From positions 1 through 64,000 of the IMG/VR virus record IMGVR_UViG_3300032046_000015: a stretch of 64,000 bases of DNA. One strand, written 5' to 3'. The position numbers and the translations under genes were made by a program. The notes under the pieces were generated by a model. The model searched no databases, had not been told where the DNA came from, and saw only the letters and a list, made by a program, of their open reading frames with translations. Shown in pieces: positions 19,967 to 29,546 of the stretch (positions are counted from its first letter, which is position 1; every line of letters starts with the position of its first letter). This DNA is from a virus.

Positions 19967-22900
19967 GCCACACTCCTCTCTGGGCCAAGCCTTCTTGCCA
20001 CTGCCATACCTTTAATGCTGAAGCCAGTCAGTTGATTATTTTCAACTTGTTTCCAAGTCTCATTGTCTGTAACATGAACTGTCATGATCCATGTGCCTGG
20101 CTTGACTTGCTGATCACCAATCATCATGGTGATCGGTGCTATCCAACTTTCAACCACCTCAATTGGGCGTGAGTAATCTTCATGCATTACACCAGTCTTT
20201 GAACCCTTATTGTATTCAGCCAAGAAATCATGGGCAGCTTTTTCAATAACTGGTGCATCATAAATTTGATCTTGCGCATCGAATGTTTCAGGTTCCAACA
20301 CAATGCCTGTCACCAATCGTTTGACTGTGTCTATCTTGATGATAGTGGTGTTGTAAGCCTTTTGTGTAGGTGCTGTAGCAGGTGGTTTGGCTGTCTCAGG
20401 ATTGTTTGGAAATTCCTGATCGGCTGGTCTGGCAATCATCCATTCTCTCCTGCCTGGCCCAACAGGTACAAATTGAAATATCCAACGTCCTTTAAGTAAT
20501 TTGCCGTCAAACCAAAACTCTTTATAATGTGGATCTTGTGTGCCTGCCTTCCACTTGATCTTATCTATGATGGTAAGTCTTGACCAAGCATTAGTAGTGG
20601 AACCAACAGCACCTGGTGGAAAAGATTGAGGCTTGTTGGCCCCAACATTCATCCATGAGAGTGGGCCTTGTATTACTTGACCCGATGCTGCTCCACCTTC
20701 ATCTGATCTGGCTGTCTTGAAATTAGCCAGTATCTTGTGTGTTGGATCAAGTTCAATAAATTTGTTAATTTGGAATTGATTGCCTGGCGTGAATCCCTCT
20801 CCACCTTCCCAGTATGGCGCTGTGCCTGGCCGCATCCGTATGTCTGTATGAATGGAAACTGGTTCAACCAAAGCAAGTAATTTCAACTGATCTTTGTTCA
20901 ACGTGGTTTTGTCTATACCCTTAATCAAGGATGATAGCTGACTACTATCCCCATCGGCTGCGTTGGCAATGGCAGCTGTCCAGTTTCCTTTGGCAATCTG
21001 ATCCAGTTTAGTTATCTGTACTGGTGTCAGTTTAATAGGATCAACGCCAAAATGAAAAGTGCCACCCAACAGTTTCACTTGATCCTCTGTCAAACCACGT
21101 TCATGCGTCTGTAGGATTGCTGTGCCAGAGTCACCAGCCTTGAAATCCAATTGCCCTTCTGTCTGTTTCCTTATGGCCAATCTCTTTTCCACCTTGAAGC
21201 CAGATTCCAAAAGTGCTGCTCTGGTCTCAGGATCAGCTTGTAACACATTTCCTTCATCCGCACGCTGTACAATACTCTTGATGTTCTCTGCCTTGGTTGA
21301 TCCCACTTCCCTGTCCCTGACCTTGGGAACCACTGCTGTTATCTTCCACACATCGGCAACATTATCATATTCTGGAATAATCTCTTCAACTCCCAAAGTG
21401 ATAATGCTTCCATCTGGTGCGTCCAGATTAGTGTTGAATGTTTTGCCCAACGTAACAAGCTTGCCCTTATCATCCTCATAGGCAACTGTGTAATTCCATG
21501 TGCGGGGTGAACCTGATACTGTCTGCCTGCTTAACACTTGTACTTTTATCTCAACCAGATTCTTAATCTTTGACCACGCAGGAGTCTGTCCAGTTAGTGG
21601 ATAATCTGAATTCACTGCTTTGGCAACAGCCCCTTCTGAACCTGGTTGCTTAGAAACATCTGAGATTATTTTCAACAAAGCAGCTTTGTTATCAACAACA
21701 TGCTTTGGTGTTATTTTCATGAACTTGAAATCATACTTACCAAACAAATCCTCCAATATGCCACGTCTTTCTGTCCAAGGTTTGCTGTGTAAATCCTGTC
21801 CATCATAATACAATACATCGAACACATGTGCTATTATTGAAGCCTTGGAACCATCAGCCAGAGTCAATTGACCCGACACAGGCACAACTTGGTTACCTGC
21901 CCAAGCAGCCAAATCCTTCCTGGCGACTGGTCTTCCATTATCGTGAACTGCTCCAAGATCAGCATCCAAAATAACTCCTTGACCTATGGCCTTGAGATCA
22001 TCTACAAGAGATGGAAATTGCTTGGAACGATCATCCTTGGAATCTTCAAAGAAAATTAATGTCTTGTCTGCACTGTCTGCTTCCAACACAGTGCGCCAAC
22101 CGTTATATTTTTGCTCAACATCAATTCCTATCTTTTCTTTCAACAGTGCTTCAGCCCAACCAGTGTTAAACTCCTCTGGCGTGAAATACTCTTGCTGTGA
22201 ATATCCGCCAGCAGTCTTCAATGGTATGAAACGTTGTAATGGTTTCAATGTGTCCGCTTTTGACACATTGATCCTCTTGGCCTCAGGTCTCAGAACAGCC
22301 ACCAAATCATACAGAGGAATATGGTCATCATGTGGCCCAGATGCGTGGTACACATAATGAACAAGATGTCTCATACCTTCTGGGATTTGGTTTCGCACTT
22401 TCACTTCCAATGCCGAATCAGGATTGTCCTGCCTGATGAGCATGTCTATGTCATGAGGTTCTTGCTGCTTAATGGAACCACCAACCAAATTGATATAACC
22501 TGGACACAACACCATGTCGCCCAAACCGTTGAAAATCTGCGCTGGTGCTTCTGCTGTTTTATCAAACACCACAACAGCATTGTTATCCTCTGTTCTGAAT
22601 ATATACTTAGCAACTTCATATCCTGCCATACAACTACGCAAATCATCCATACTCTTGAATTCACGTTTATGTGTAAGATCAAGCCTTTTACCCAGTGGCA
22701 CCAAGTGGATGGCTCGCATCCTGGCAATGCGCAGACTTTCATCTATGGCCGCATTTGGATCAGATAGATGTTCCAGAGTGTGCATGCTTAGCACAGTGTC
22801 AAATGCCCCATCAGGATATGACAGCTTGTTGACATCCTCTTTTTTCACTTTGTGATTGTGTTGCCCGCACAGCTTCATAGCTGTTATGGAATTGTCCACG

Positions 22901-23319
22901 CCTTCCACATTGAACCCTGACTTGGATAGAACATCCAATTCACGTCCTGCTCCGCATCCCATCACTAACACATCCTGTCCTTGGATGTATGGACTGATGG
23001 CCGCAAAATCTCTTATGAATAAATCTGTAACATCAATCAGCCCAGGGCTGAAATAGTTTTCACCATACTCTTCATCTGTTGGCATTGATGTTGCCTTCCC
23101 AAGTTGCGTGTAGTTCAGACCACGCTTTATCATCTCATCTCTCAATATATTAAACTTGTTCAGAAGTGTAGCCACAGTCAATCCATCGGTGGACTTACCA
23201 TCGCCAGCCCCTCCTTCAGTTAACAGTGCATACAACTGGTGACAGCGCCAATGTAAGTTCAACAACTCCTGGTTGTCCACCGCTGCTAGACTGTCTTTTG
23301 TGATATCGTTTATTTTCAT
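19963..23319 (-). CDS. multidomain protein: SAM methyltransferase + Pol-beta-type nucleotidyltransferase + ATP-dependent DNA ligase + LigD phosphoesterase-like domain + XkdF-type prohead protease
   Basis: VMGCGAG/HTLEHL (MTase); LVGGS..HDIDML (NTase); EQKYNGWR, LDADL, FDVLYYDG, EGAVAK, WSKIK (ligase); SIHTDIRM..KGRWIF (PE-like); VTGIVLEPETFDAQ, VMH, VVESWIAP, PGTWI, TGFSIKG (protease). Confidence 0.85.
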   Translation of the reverse strand: MKINDITKDSLAAVDNQELLNLHWRCHQLYALLTEGGAGDGKSTDGLTVATLLNKFNILRDEMIKRGLNYTQLGKATSMPTDEEYGENYFSPGLIDVTDLFIRDFAAISPYIQGQDVLVMGCGAGRELDVLSKSGFNVEGVDNSITAMKLCGQHNHKVKKEDVNKLSYPDGAFDTVLSMHTLEHLSDPNAAIDESLRIARMRAIHLVPLGKRLDLTHKREFKSMDDLRSCMAGYEVAKYIFRTEDNNAVVVFDKTAEAPAQIFNGLGDMVLCPGYINLVGGSIKQQEPHDIDMLIRQDNPDSALEVKVRNQIPEGMRHLVHYVYHASGPHDDHIPLYDLVAVLRPEAKRINVSKADTLKPLQRFIPLKTAGGYSQQEYFTPEEFNTGWAEALLKEKIGIDVEQKYNGWRTVLEADSADKTLIFFEDSKDDRSKQFPSLVDDLKAIGQGVILDADLGAVHDNGRPVARKDLAAWAGNQVVPVSGQLTLADGSKASIIAHVFDVLYYDGQDLHSKPWTERRGILEDLFGKYDFKFMKITPKHVVDNKAALLKIISDVSKQPGSEGAVAKAVNSDYPLTGQTPAWSKIKNLVEIKVQVLSRQTVSGSPRTWNYTVAYEDDKGKLVTLGKTFNTNLDAPDGSIITLGVEEIIPEYDNVADVWKITAVVPKVRDREVGSTKAENIKSIVQRADEGNVLQADPETRAALLESGFKVEKRLAIRKQTEGQLDFKAGDSGTAILQTHERGLTEDQVKLLGGTFHFGVDPIKLTPVQITKLDQIAKGNWTAAIANAADGDSSQLSSLIKGIDKTTLNKDQLKLLALVEPVSIHTDIRMRPGTAPYWEGGEGFTPGNQFQINKFIELDPTHKILANFKTARSDEGGAASGQVIQGPLSWMNVGANKPQSFPPGAVGSTTNAWSRLTIIDKIKWKAGTQDPHYKEFWFDGKLLKGRWIFQFVPVGPGRREWMIARPADQEFPNNPETAKPPATAPTQKAYNTTIIKIDTVKRLVTGIVLEPETFDAQDQIYDAPVIEKAAHDFLAEYNKGSKTGVMHEDYSRPIEVVESWIAPITMMIGDQQVKPGTWIMTVHVTDNETWKQVENNQLTGFSIKGMAVARRLGPERSVA

Positions 23320-23582
23320 ACCATTTCAATTGCTTGTGTTCTTGAGCCAGAAAAGTTCAGAAACAAAGCATGTAAAAATTCCTCACCATCATCCGGTGTG
23401 ACTAGCTTGTTGAATGAACCATCTTCATTGAAGACAGGCATTCCATTCTTGAACCTATCTTTGAGCATCTGATCATTGTAATCAGCAACCACCTTGTCTC
23501 CATCCAACTTGAAAGTTGCCAATACTTGATGGGTAGTTGGCATGTCGTTGAATATGACTTGTACTGCTTTCACGTTATCCAC
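23316..23582 (-). CDS. hypothetical protein
   Basis: 88-aa ORF overlapping both neighbours. Confidence 0.6.
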   Translation of the reverse strand: MDNVKAVQVIFNDMPTTHQVLATFKLDGDKVVADYNDQMLKDRFKNGMPVFNEDGSFNKLVTPDDGEEFLHALFLNFSGSRTQAIEMV

Positions 23583-24828
23583 CGTCCATAGGTTTCACAA
23601 CGGCTTGGGAATCTCCAAACTCATAGAATTTGGTTTCATTAGCAGAATAATCCATTGCACTTGATCTGGGTAAAAGCCTTGGATCAGCTTCCAGCAATCT
23701 TGTCTCAATCGGATTGGCCCTGGGCGGTGGTGGCGCTGCTGGGCCAGTTGTTGGCACCTGCCAAGTCTTGTTAGTAGTCACAACAATAGTACGACAATGG
23801 AAATGATAAGGTGGAAAAGCCAAACCACCTTCTGCCATGGCAGTCGCTGTTGCTGTGGATGGAAGTGCTCCAGCACTTATTCCAAACTTTTGAGAAGCAT
23901 CTCCTGCTGACATCCAACCTGCTGCTGCCTTCACTCCACCTGGCGTGACAGAGTTCAAAACCTTATCACGTTGTTCCAATCCCAGTGGCACGCTGAATTC
24001 CTTGCCATTCATCAATCGGCATATTTCACTTGTGCGTTCATCCAGCACAGCGTCAATCCGATAAACTTCAACCCCTGCCGTGGCAAACGTTTCAAGGTTT
24101 GCCCACGTGGTTGCCCGTGTCGCAGCGTTGGCAGTGAGACCTTCAAAATATAAGTCTGTTGGCCCTCTCCATCCTGGTGGCGGAACACCAACAGCTGCTG
24201 GCAGCGTGCCATTTCTTATTTGGTTGGCTAGATTATGTTGTAACTCTCTCGCAGCTTCTTCACGGCTGAGACCTTGAGTCAACATCGTGTTGTTAACGTC
24301 CTCATGCACTAGTGTTTGTAAATTGTCGCCATAGAAATTACCAATCCAGTGCATGTTATCTTTTCTCATCCAATCAATGGCTTCAGAATCAACCAGATTG
24401 AAATTGGGAGCAACTTTCAATTTATCGGAAAAACCAGCACGCTGAAGATTGTACATTAAGCCTGTGGCCTTTAACACTTCATTCCTGACCTTCTCAGGAT
24501 ATGTGTCCAGAGTTGTGTCGAATATGCGGTTGAACAGTTTGGCATCATTTTGTGTGAGTGGCCCTTTGCGTCCTTTCAATTCACCCAGAGCACGTTGAAC
24601 TGCTTGTTGGACTGTGATATCAAACTTACCATTCAATAATTTATTCAAACTTGTCTCAATGGTTCCGACATTGGGTGCTGCCATGATTACCACATCAGTA
24701 ATCAAGTCATCCAGCATATGGACAACATGCTTGGCTTGGTGCTTATCCTTGAAGTGGATACCACCGACAACCAGTGGTTGATCATTTTCCGTTATCACGC
24801 ACACGCTTGAACCATCTCCATTTGCCAT
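23575..24828 (-). CDS. MuF / SPP1 gp7-like minor head morphogenesis protein
   Basis: AVLDERTSEICRLMNGKEF and PPYHFHCRT motifs; downstream of the portal gene; start uncertain. Confidence 0.88.
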   Translation of the reverse strand: MANGDGSSVCVITENDQPLVVGGIHFKDKHQAKHVVHMLDDLITDVVIMAAPNVGTIETSLNKLLNGKFDITVQQAVQRALGELKGRKGPLTQNDAKLFNRIFDTTLDTYPEKVRNEVLKATGLMYNLQRAGFSDKLKVAPNFNLVDSEAIDWMRKDNMHWIGNFYGDNLQTLVHEDVNNTMLTQGLSREEAARELQHNLANQIRNGTLPAAVGVPPPGWRGPTDLYFEGLTANAATRATTWANLETFATAGVEVYRIDAVLDERTSEICRLMNGKEFSVPLGLEQRDKVLNSVTPGGVKAAAGWMSAGDASQKFGISAGALPSTATATAMAEGGLAFPPYHFHCRTIVVTTNKTWQVPTTGPAAPPPPRANPIETRLLEADPRLLPRSSAMDYSANETKFYEFGDSQAVVKPMDGG

Positions 24829-25003
24829 TGGACTTGGACTGTTCTTTTGTTGTGTTAGCTTCACAGCCTTCTTTGAAGCACGCAACTGGCTGTTTAACTA
24901 AACACTGATCTTTTGGAATGCCTATACTCGCACACAATTCATTGACTACCTGGCGTTGTGTGTTCACTAGACTTTCCAATTGATCGTGACCTTTTTTGCT
25001 CAC
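24782..25003 (-). CDS. small hypothetical protein
   Basis: GTGA overlap with the upstream gene. Confidence 0.4.
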   Translation of the reverse strand: MSKKGHDQLESLVNTQRQVVNELCASIGIPKDQCLVKQPVACFKEGCEANTTKEQSKSNGKWRWFKRVRDNGK

Positions 25004-25203
25004 GTCACGTTGCCTCTTTTTGTTTCGATGTAAGTCTTCAACGCCACCAACGCTGATGTGTTATTTGTTACAGTTTCAATGAGACATGAAAGCAAATTCT
25101 CTTCACGTCTGCTCTGCTCTCTATATTGAAGATACCAGAATATCAACACAACGCCAGCTGGCCCACTGTATTGAAGTATCAACTTGAGGTATTCCAATAT
25201 CAT
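25000..25203 (-). CDS. holin-like membrane protein (BhlA/UviB-like)
   Basis: 67 aa, one TM segment (GPAGVVLIFWYL) followed by a REENL coiled coil. Confidence 0.5.
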   Translation of the reverse strand: MILEYLKLILQYSGPAGVVLIFWYLQYREQSRREENLLSCLIETVTNNTSALVALKTYIETKRGNVT

Positions 25204-26900
25204 TTAATATCCTCTCCATCGATGATTGCTTGGGCAACCGCTGTGCGAAGTGCCATCAATGCTTGGACAACATCTCCACCATCGATGATTGCTTTTTGAA
25301 CTATTGATTTCATGGGTGCTATTGTGCCCATGTTAATTGGCCCAGTATTCTTGGCTGCTTCTGCCACTTGGATAGTGAATGGAACATCTGGATCAATCGC
25401 AGTCACTTTTCCAAGATTGGTACCAAAGATGTCTGACATGATATTCCTGGCAATCTGTGGCGTCAACCCGCCTGTACCTTCTGATGCTGCTAGCATCTTG
25501 GTCAGGCTTTCACTGTCTGTAACGTTTGGGCCATTGGAAATAAAACGGTGATACACGATGCCTAGCCTTGGCAGTATCTGGCTATTCATGAAAGCATCAA
25601 AAGCAGTGCGCTCAGGAGCAAACACCTGCTCATCAGCTAACTGTCGGCTGGCTTCTGCTGTTGCTCTGGAATAGTCTTCAGCCTTGCCAACAAATATCGG
25701 TGGCAGTCTAAAGGCACCACGCACCTTGTCACGATTGTTCGCATCATAAGATTGAAACATCGCATCTTTGATTTGTTGGTTAGTCAATGGCGTGATACTT
25801 ATCTTGATAGCATCCGACTGTCCAGGCATGGGCGCAACCTCAACTGGCTCAGCTTCCAGAATAAGGAATTTGCTATAATTGCTGCTGCCCTTAATATTGG
25901 ATTCAACAAACTGTTCGATGCGCTTGATCGTGCCAGTGGTCAACATACCACCACCGGACACAGTCACTACCATGGATGGCACGTTGTTGTTTTTTAACGT
26001 AGTGTAGTTGATCTCCTCTGCCGCACGACTGCCGAATATGCTGAACAGATTGCCAATAAACCTTGGCAACCCATATGGTGTTCTGGCCGATGGTATCCTG
26101 AAGTGATGCATGGAATTGGCTCTGTACTTGATCTCAATAGGATTGTTTGAATATTCACCCGTCTCACAGTTCAAATTTCTTGGATCACCCAGCTGCTTGA
26201 AATATACCTTCTGCCCCTCTCTGATCTGTATGAAACGTCTGAAGCGCACCATCCTCTTAACCTTCACCAAAACTGGCACGCCATTCTGATCCACTTCTAT
26301 CTGTGGCACTTCCACCATGACTGGAGTTGTGTCCAATGGTGTAAGTCTAACTGTCCAAGCTGGTGCCCACTCCAACCATCTGATCGCACCTTGAGTATCC
26401 TCAATAATTTCCCAGTATCCGTTGCCTGTGAGTTCCAAATCACGTCTGGTCAACCTGCGCAATGATATGAAATTACTGTTGAAGCAACAGTTGTTGAAAA
26501 AGTTGGCCAGCTTGATTCTTTCAACTTCCATTGTCTTTAGGATTTCAGGATTGGCCTCAATTGCTTGTGGCAGAGTAACAGGAACAATGCGATGGCCAAA
26601 ACCTTCTATGTTCACTTCCATGGCCTCAACTGTAGGTTGTAGCTCACTGTTATTCTCAATCAGCATTGACAATGGCAGTGGATCAAGTGGTGGCTCGACA
26701 ACAGTCTTGCTGTTTACCAAAGTTGCCCAAGGATCATCTTGAGATAGTTGCTTGCTGTAAGCAGATTCAGATTCAGCAACATCACCTATCTGTTTAGTGA
26801 TCCCAACAATCGTTGCCCTGACTGCTCTAGCATTTGGATTATCAACACCCGCTGTCACCACAGTTAGTCTGTTAACCTTTTGTCTTTGGACGTCACTCAT
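25200..26900 (-). CDS. portal protein (PBSX family)
   Basis: DLELTGNGYWEI, YGLPRF, AFRLPPIFVG and YSRATAE motifs; follows TerL. Confidence 0.93.
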   Translation of the reverse strand: MSDVQRQKVNRLTVVTAGVDNPNARAVRATIVGITKQIGDVAESESAYSKQLSQDDPWATLVNSKTVVEPPLDPLPLSMLIENNSELQPTVEAMEVNIEGFGHRIVPVTLPQAIEANPEILKTMEVERIKLANFFNNCCFNSNFISLRRLTRRDLELTGNGYWEIIEDTQGAIRWLEWAPAWTVRLTPLDTTPVMVEVPQIEVDQNGVPVLVKVKRMVRFRRFIQIREGQKVYFKQLGDPRNLNCETGEYSNNPIEIKYRANSMHHFRIPSARTPYGLPRFIGNLFSIFGSRAAEEINYTTLKNNNVPSMVVTVSGGGMLTTGTIKRIEQFVESNIKGSSNYSKFLILEAEPVEVAPMPGQSDAIKISITPLTNQQIKDAMFQSYDANNRDKVRGAFRLPPIFVGKAEDYSRATAEASRQLADEQVFAPERTAFDAFMNSQILPRLGIVYHRFISNGPNVTDSESLTKMLAASEGTGGLTPQIARNIMSDIFGTNLGKVTAIDPDVPFTIQVAEAAKNTGPINMGTIAPMKSIVQKAIIDGGDVVQALMALRTAVAQAIIDGEDIK

Positions 26901-28312
26901 TATAGCAACCCTGGTTCCTCTCTTGTTTTCCTTACACGCCTCAGTGTAGCCATGCTGATAGCAAAATCAAGAGCATCAATAATATCGTCATGTTCTCCAT
27001 TTGGGAATGATAACAGTTCATCTTCCAACTCCGGCATATCACGTCCCATCAGTATTTCACCATTCTCAAATTTCTGTGCTAGCTTTGTCATTCTGGTCAG
27101 CTTGTCCAATGATGTGAATATCGGATGGGCACGAACAAACTTGTATTGCGGCTGACTTTTCAATTCCTGATAAACTGCCTTCTGATATGCGTTGGATTCT
27201 ATCCCAGCCCTGATGGGCTCATATTGTTTGAACATTTTAACAATCAATTTTATCTGTTCAGGAAATGGGGTATGAACACGCTGATATTCTACAAGATAAA
27301 ACTTGTTTGCCAGCCTGTCATAAGCAATTGTGAATATAACAAAGAAGTCATGGAATAGTTGCTGACCGATAGCCAAGTCAACTCCTTGATAGTATTCCAG
27401 CCCCTTTGGCACCTCATCATAATATTGAAAGTGTTCATCGTTAAACACGTTGCCCATCATGGCTTGCGTGTCCAACATGTACTGGCAGTTAAACACAATG
27501 CTGCCACTTGCTCTGCGCTTGCCTTCAAACCAGACTGGTGGATGACGCTCTGGCCATGGGCTGCGTCCTTGTGAATCTAGTGCTGGAATGACAAGATGGT
27601 TCTTGGCAAACTCATTCTTGATCAAGTGGCCATATAGATCATGGTAATGATAACGTGTTCCAATGATCCATTCCTTGCCACCCTCTTCCAACGTTGGCTC
27701 CAACTCAGTGTAGTACCATTCCTTAACCTTCTCACGTTGACCGTATGTCCTGCTGTTTTCTATTGACACCAAGTCATCCGCTATTATCATGTCAAAGTGC
27801 CGACTGACTACACCACCATCTATGCCAACTGTGGTTATGTTGCTCTCCATGGCAGATGTGGTACGATTGGCAACATTGATTTCACGTGTGTCCCACTTGT
27901 CCCCTACTTGGTTGCCAAATATCTCTGTCAACTGTCTCTCTTGTAGCCTGTTCTTGATACCACGCAAAAAGGTTTCAGCCTGTGTACATGTCCTTGAACT
28001 CAGCAATATCCTGATGTTTGGATCCACCAAGACTTGCAACACAGACTGACCAATGGTTAATGGCTGAGTTTTTCCTGCTCCACGATATGCCAGGATAACT
28101 CCACGTGGATGATTGCGTTGAAACTCCATCATCTGGTGGTGGAACGGCTTGATGATTAGTGCTGGGCTATCAAACACAAACTTGCAAAGCACATCCAATC
28201 GCTTGTCTTCTAACACAGCCTGACGGATGTACTCATTGCGCATTTCACGCTTGTGCTGCCACTGTTGGACTAGTGTGTCCCGTTCTGGCGTTGATATTTG
28301 TAAGCCTGGCAC
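26900..28312 (-). CDS. terL: terminase large subunit
   Basis: Walker A YRGAGKT, Walker B IIADD, IGTRYH, GVDLA and FPNGEHDDIIDAL nuclease motifs. Confidence 0.95.
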   Translation of the reverse strand: MPGLQISTPERDTLVQQWQHKREMRNEYIRQAVLEDKRLDVLCKFVFDSPALIIKPFHHQMMEFQRNHPRGVILAYRGAGKTQPLTIGQSVLQVLVDPNIRILLSSRTCTQAETFLRGIKNRLQERQLTEIFGNQVGDKWDTREINVANRTTSAMESNITTVGIDGGVVSRHFDMIIADDLVSIENSRTYGQREKVKEWYYTELEPTLEEGGKEWIIGTRYHYHDLYGHLIKNEFAKNHLVIPALDSQGRSPWPERHPPVWFEGKRRASGSIVFNCQYMLDTQAMMGNVFNDEHFQYYDEVPKGLEYYQGVDLAIGQQLFHDFFVIFTIAYDRLANKFYLVEYQRVHTPFPEQIKLIVKMFKQYEPIRAGIESNAYQKAVYQELKSQPQYKFVRAHPIFTSLDKLTRMTKLAQKFENGEILMGRDMPELEDELLSFPNGEHDDIIDALDFAISMATLRRVRKTREEPGLL

Positions 28313-28337
28313 TGTGTAAATTCCTCAACAATCGTGG

Positions 28338-28390
28338 CCAGCTGCTGGCGGTGTGTGAGGCGGTGGACGGAATCACCGCCAGTCAGCTGG
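28338..28390. other. GC-rich hairpin in the terL leader
   Basis: CCAGCTG-CTGGCGGTG ... CACCGCCAG-T-CAGCTGG inverted repeat. Confidence 0.55.
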
Positions 28391-28457
28391 GCCATCCGGT
28401 TTGCTATGTTACCCTTGAGGGAAGTGGTGGATGCTCGCAAACCAGACCGTGTGTGTA

Positions 28458-28784
28458 TTATCCTTCCAGAGCGATGAATGTGTATTCATCGTTCAGCTTG
28501 TTCACTGTGACGTCTGTGCCCAAGCTGAATTTGAAGAAGTCAGCGACAGTCCCACGACCTGCCGCAACCTGCTCTGGGATGCTAATTCCTTCTGTGGCGA
28601 TCATGGCATCTCCTGTCGCATCGAAATGCACACCTGCCGGCATCTGATCGCTCTTGACCGACATGTTGGGCGTGGTCTTGTCGATGATCACGACTGCTTT
28701 GGGCGCAAACGGCAGCTTGACTTCCAAGGCTGCTCCTGTGCCTTTGTAATTTCCAGTTGCAACTTTTGCTACTCCACTTGACAT
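28458..28784 (-). CDS. hypothetical protein, possibly capsid decoration
   Basis: Strong GAGAGGAG RBS; beta-rich, with capsid-like codon usage. Confidence 0.55.
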   Translation of the reverse strand: MSSGVAKVATGNYKGTGAALEVKLPFAPKAVVIIDKTTPNMSVKSDQMPAGVHFDATGDAMIATEGISIPEQVAAGRGTVADFFKFSLGTDVTVNKLNDEYTFIALEG

Positions 28785-28821
28785 TTGAATGTCTCCTCTC
28801 TTTGTTTGTATTTAGCTTGAC

Positions 28822-29010
28822 TCAAGCCTTTTGCTTCTGCTTTTTTATCGGCATCTGCTTCATGCTGAGCAGTGCCTGACTGTGTTTTTCTGTTTGACTC
28901 TTCTGCTCTTTTAATAATCTAAAGATTATTAAAAGAGCAGAAGTCATGTTCCACACCGCAACAATCGGCCATGTAATAGTGGCAGCGACTGTTTTGGTTA
29001 ATTTGATCAA
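28822..29010 (-). CDS. small membrane-associated hypothetical protein
   Basis: TTG start overlapping the upstream TGA; one hydrophobic segment. Confidence 0.35.
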   Translation of the reverse strand: MIKLTKTVAATITWPIVAVWNMTSALLIIFRLLKEQKSQTEKHSQALLSMKQMPIKKQKQKA

Positions 29011-29534
29011 TCGTGACTGCTCCATCCGCCCAACACGCACTTGTTGGTGAGATCAGGCGCAGGGCCATCCGATTTTTGAACCTGGTTCTTGTGCTCTTCC
29101 ACGATTGCCTTGAGCTCATCAAAGCCCAGCGTCTTATGGACAACGCCATCGGGCATTTGAATGGTGTGAACGTGAGCGCCACTGCGTACTGTTTCACCGT
29201 TGGGCAGAGTGATGTGCTGGTGATAACCGCCAACGCCTGGGTCAGCGCCATCCAGTGGCTGGGTCATTGCCTTGCGCCCATCCGGCATCACAATCTCATG
29301 AACGTGTGGGCCACCTGGCTGTAGCAGACCTTGGGTGTTTGGCAACACGTCCTTTTCCAAATCGTGACCGTGCGCTCCACCCTTCAGGATGGTCATCATA
29401 TCGTCAAGGATATGTGTGTGCTCTCCACCGATCAGTTTGCCTTCAGGCAACTCTTCATGCCAGTGTGCTCCTGCCTCATTATAATCCATCCACATCATAG
29501 GTTGACAACCACCCTTCTCAACTGCTGTTTCCAT
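29007..29534 (-). CDS. His-rich repeat protein (GGxHxH repeats)
   Basis: GAHWH, GGEHTH, GGAHGH, GGPHVH, GGYHQH and SGAHVH repeats. Confidence 0.7.
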   Translation of the reverse strand: METAVEKGGCQPMMWMDYNEAGAHWHEELPEGKLIGGEHTHILDDMMTILKGGAHGHDLEKDVLPNTQGLLQPGGPHVHEIVMPDGRKAMTQPLDGADPGVGGYHQHITLPNGETVRSGAHVHTIQMPDGVVHKTLGFDELKAIVEEHKNQVQKSDGPAPDLTNKCVLGGWSSHD

Positions 29535-29546
29535 TTGCTGTTTCCT

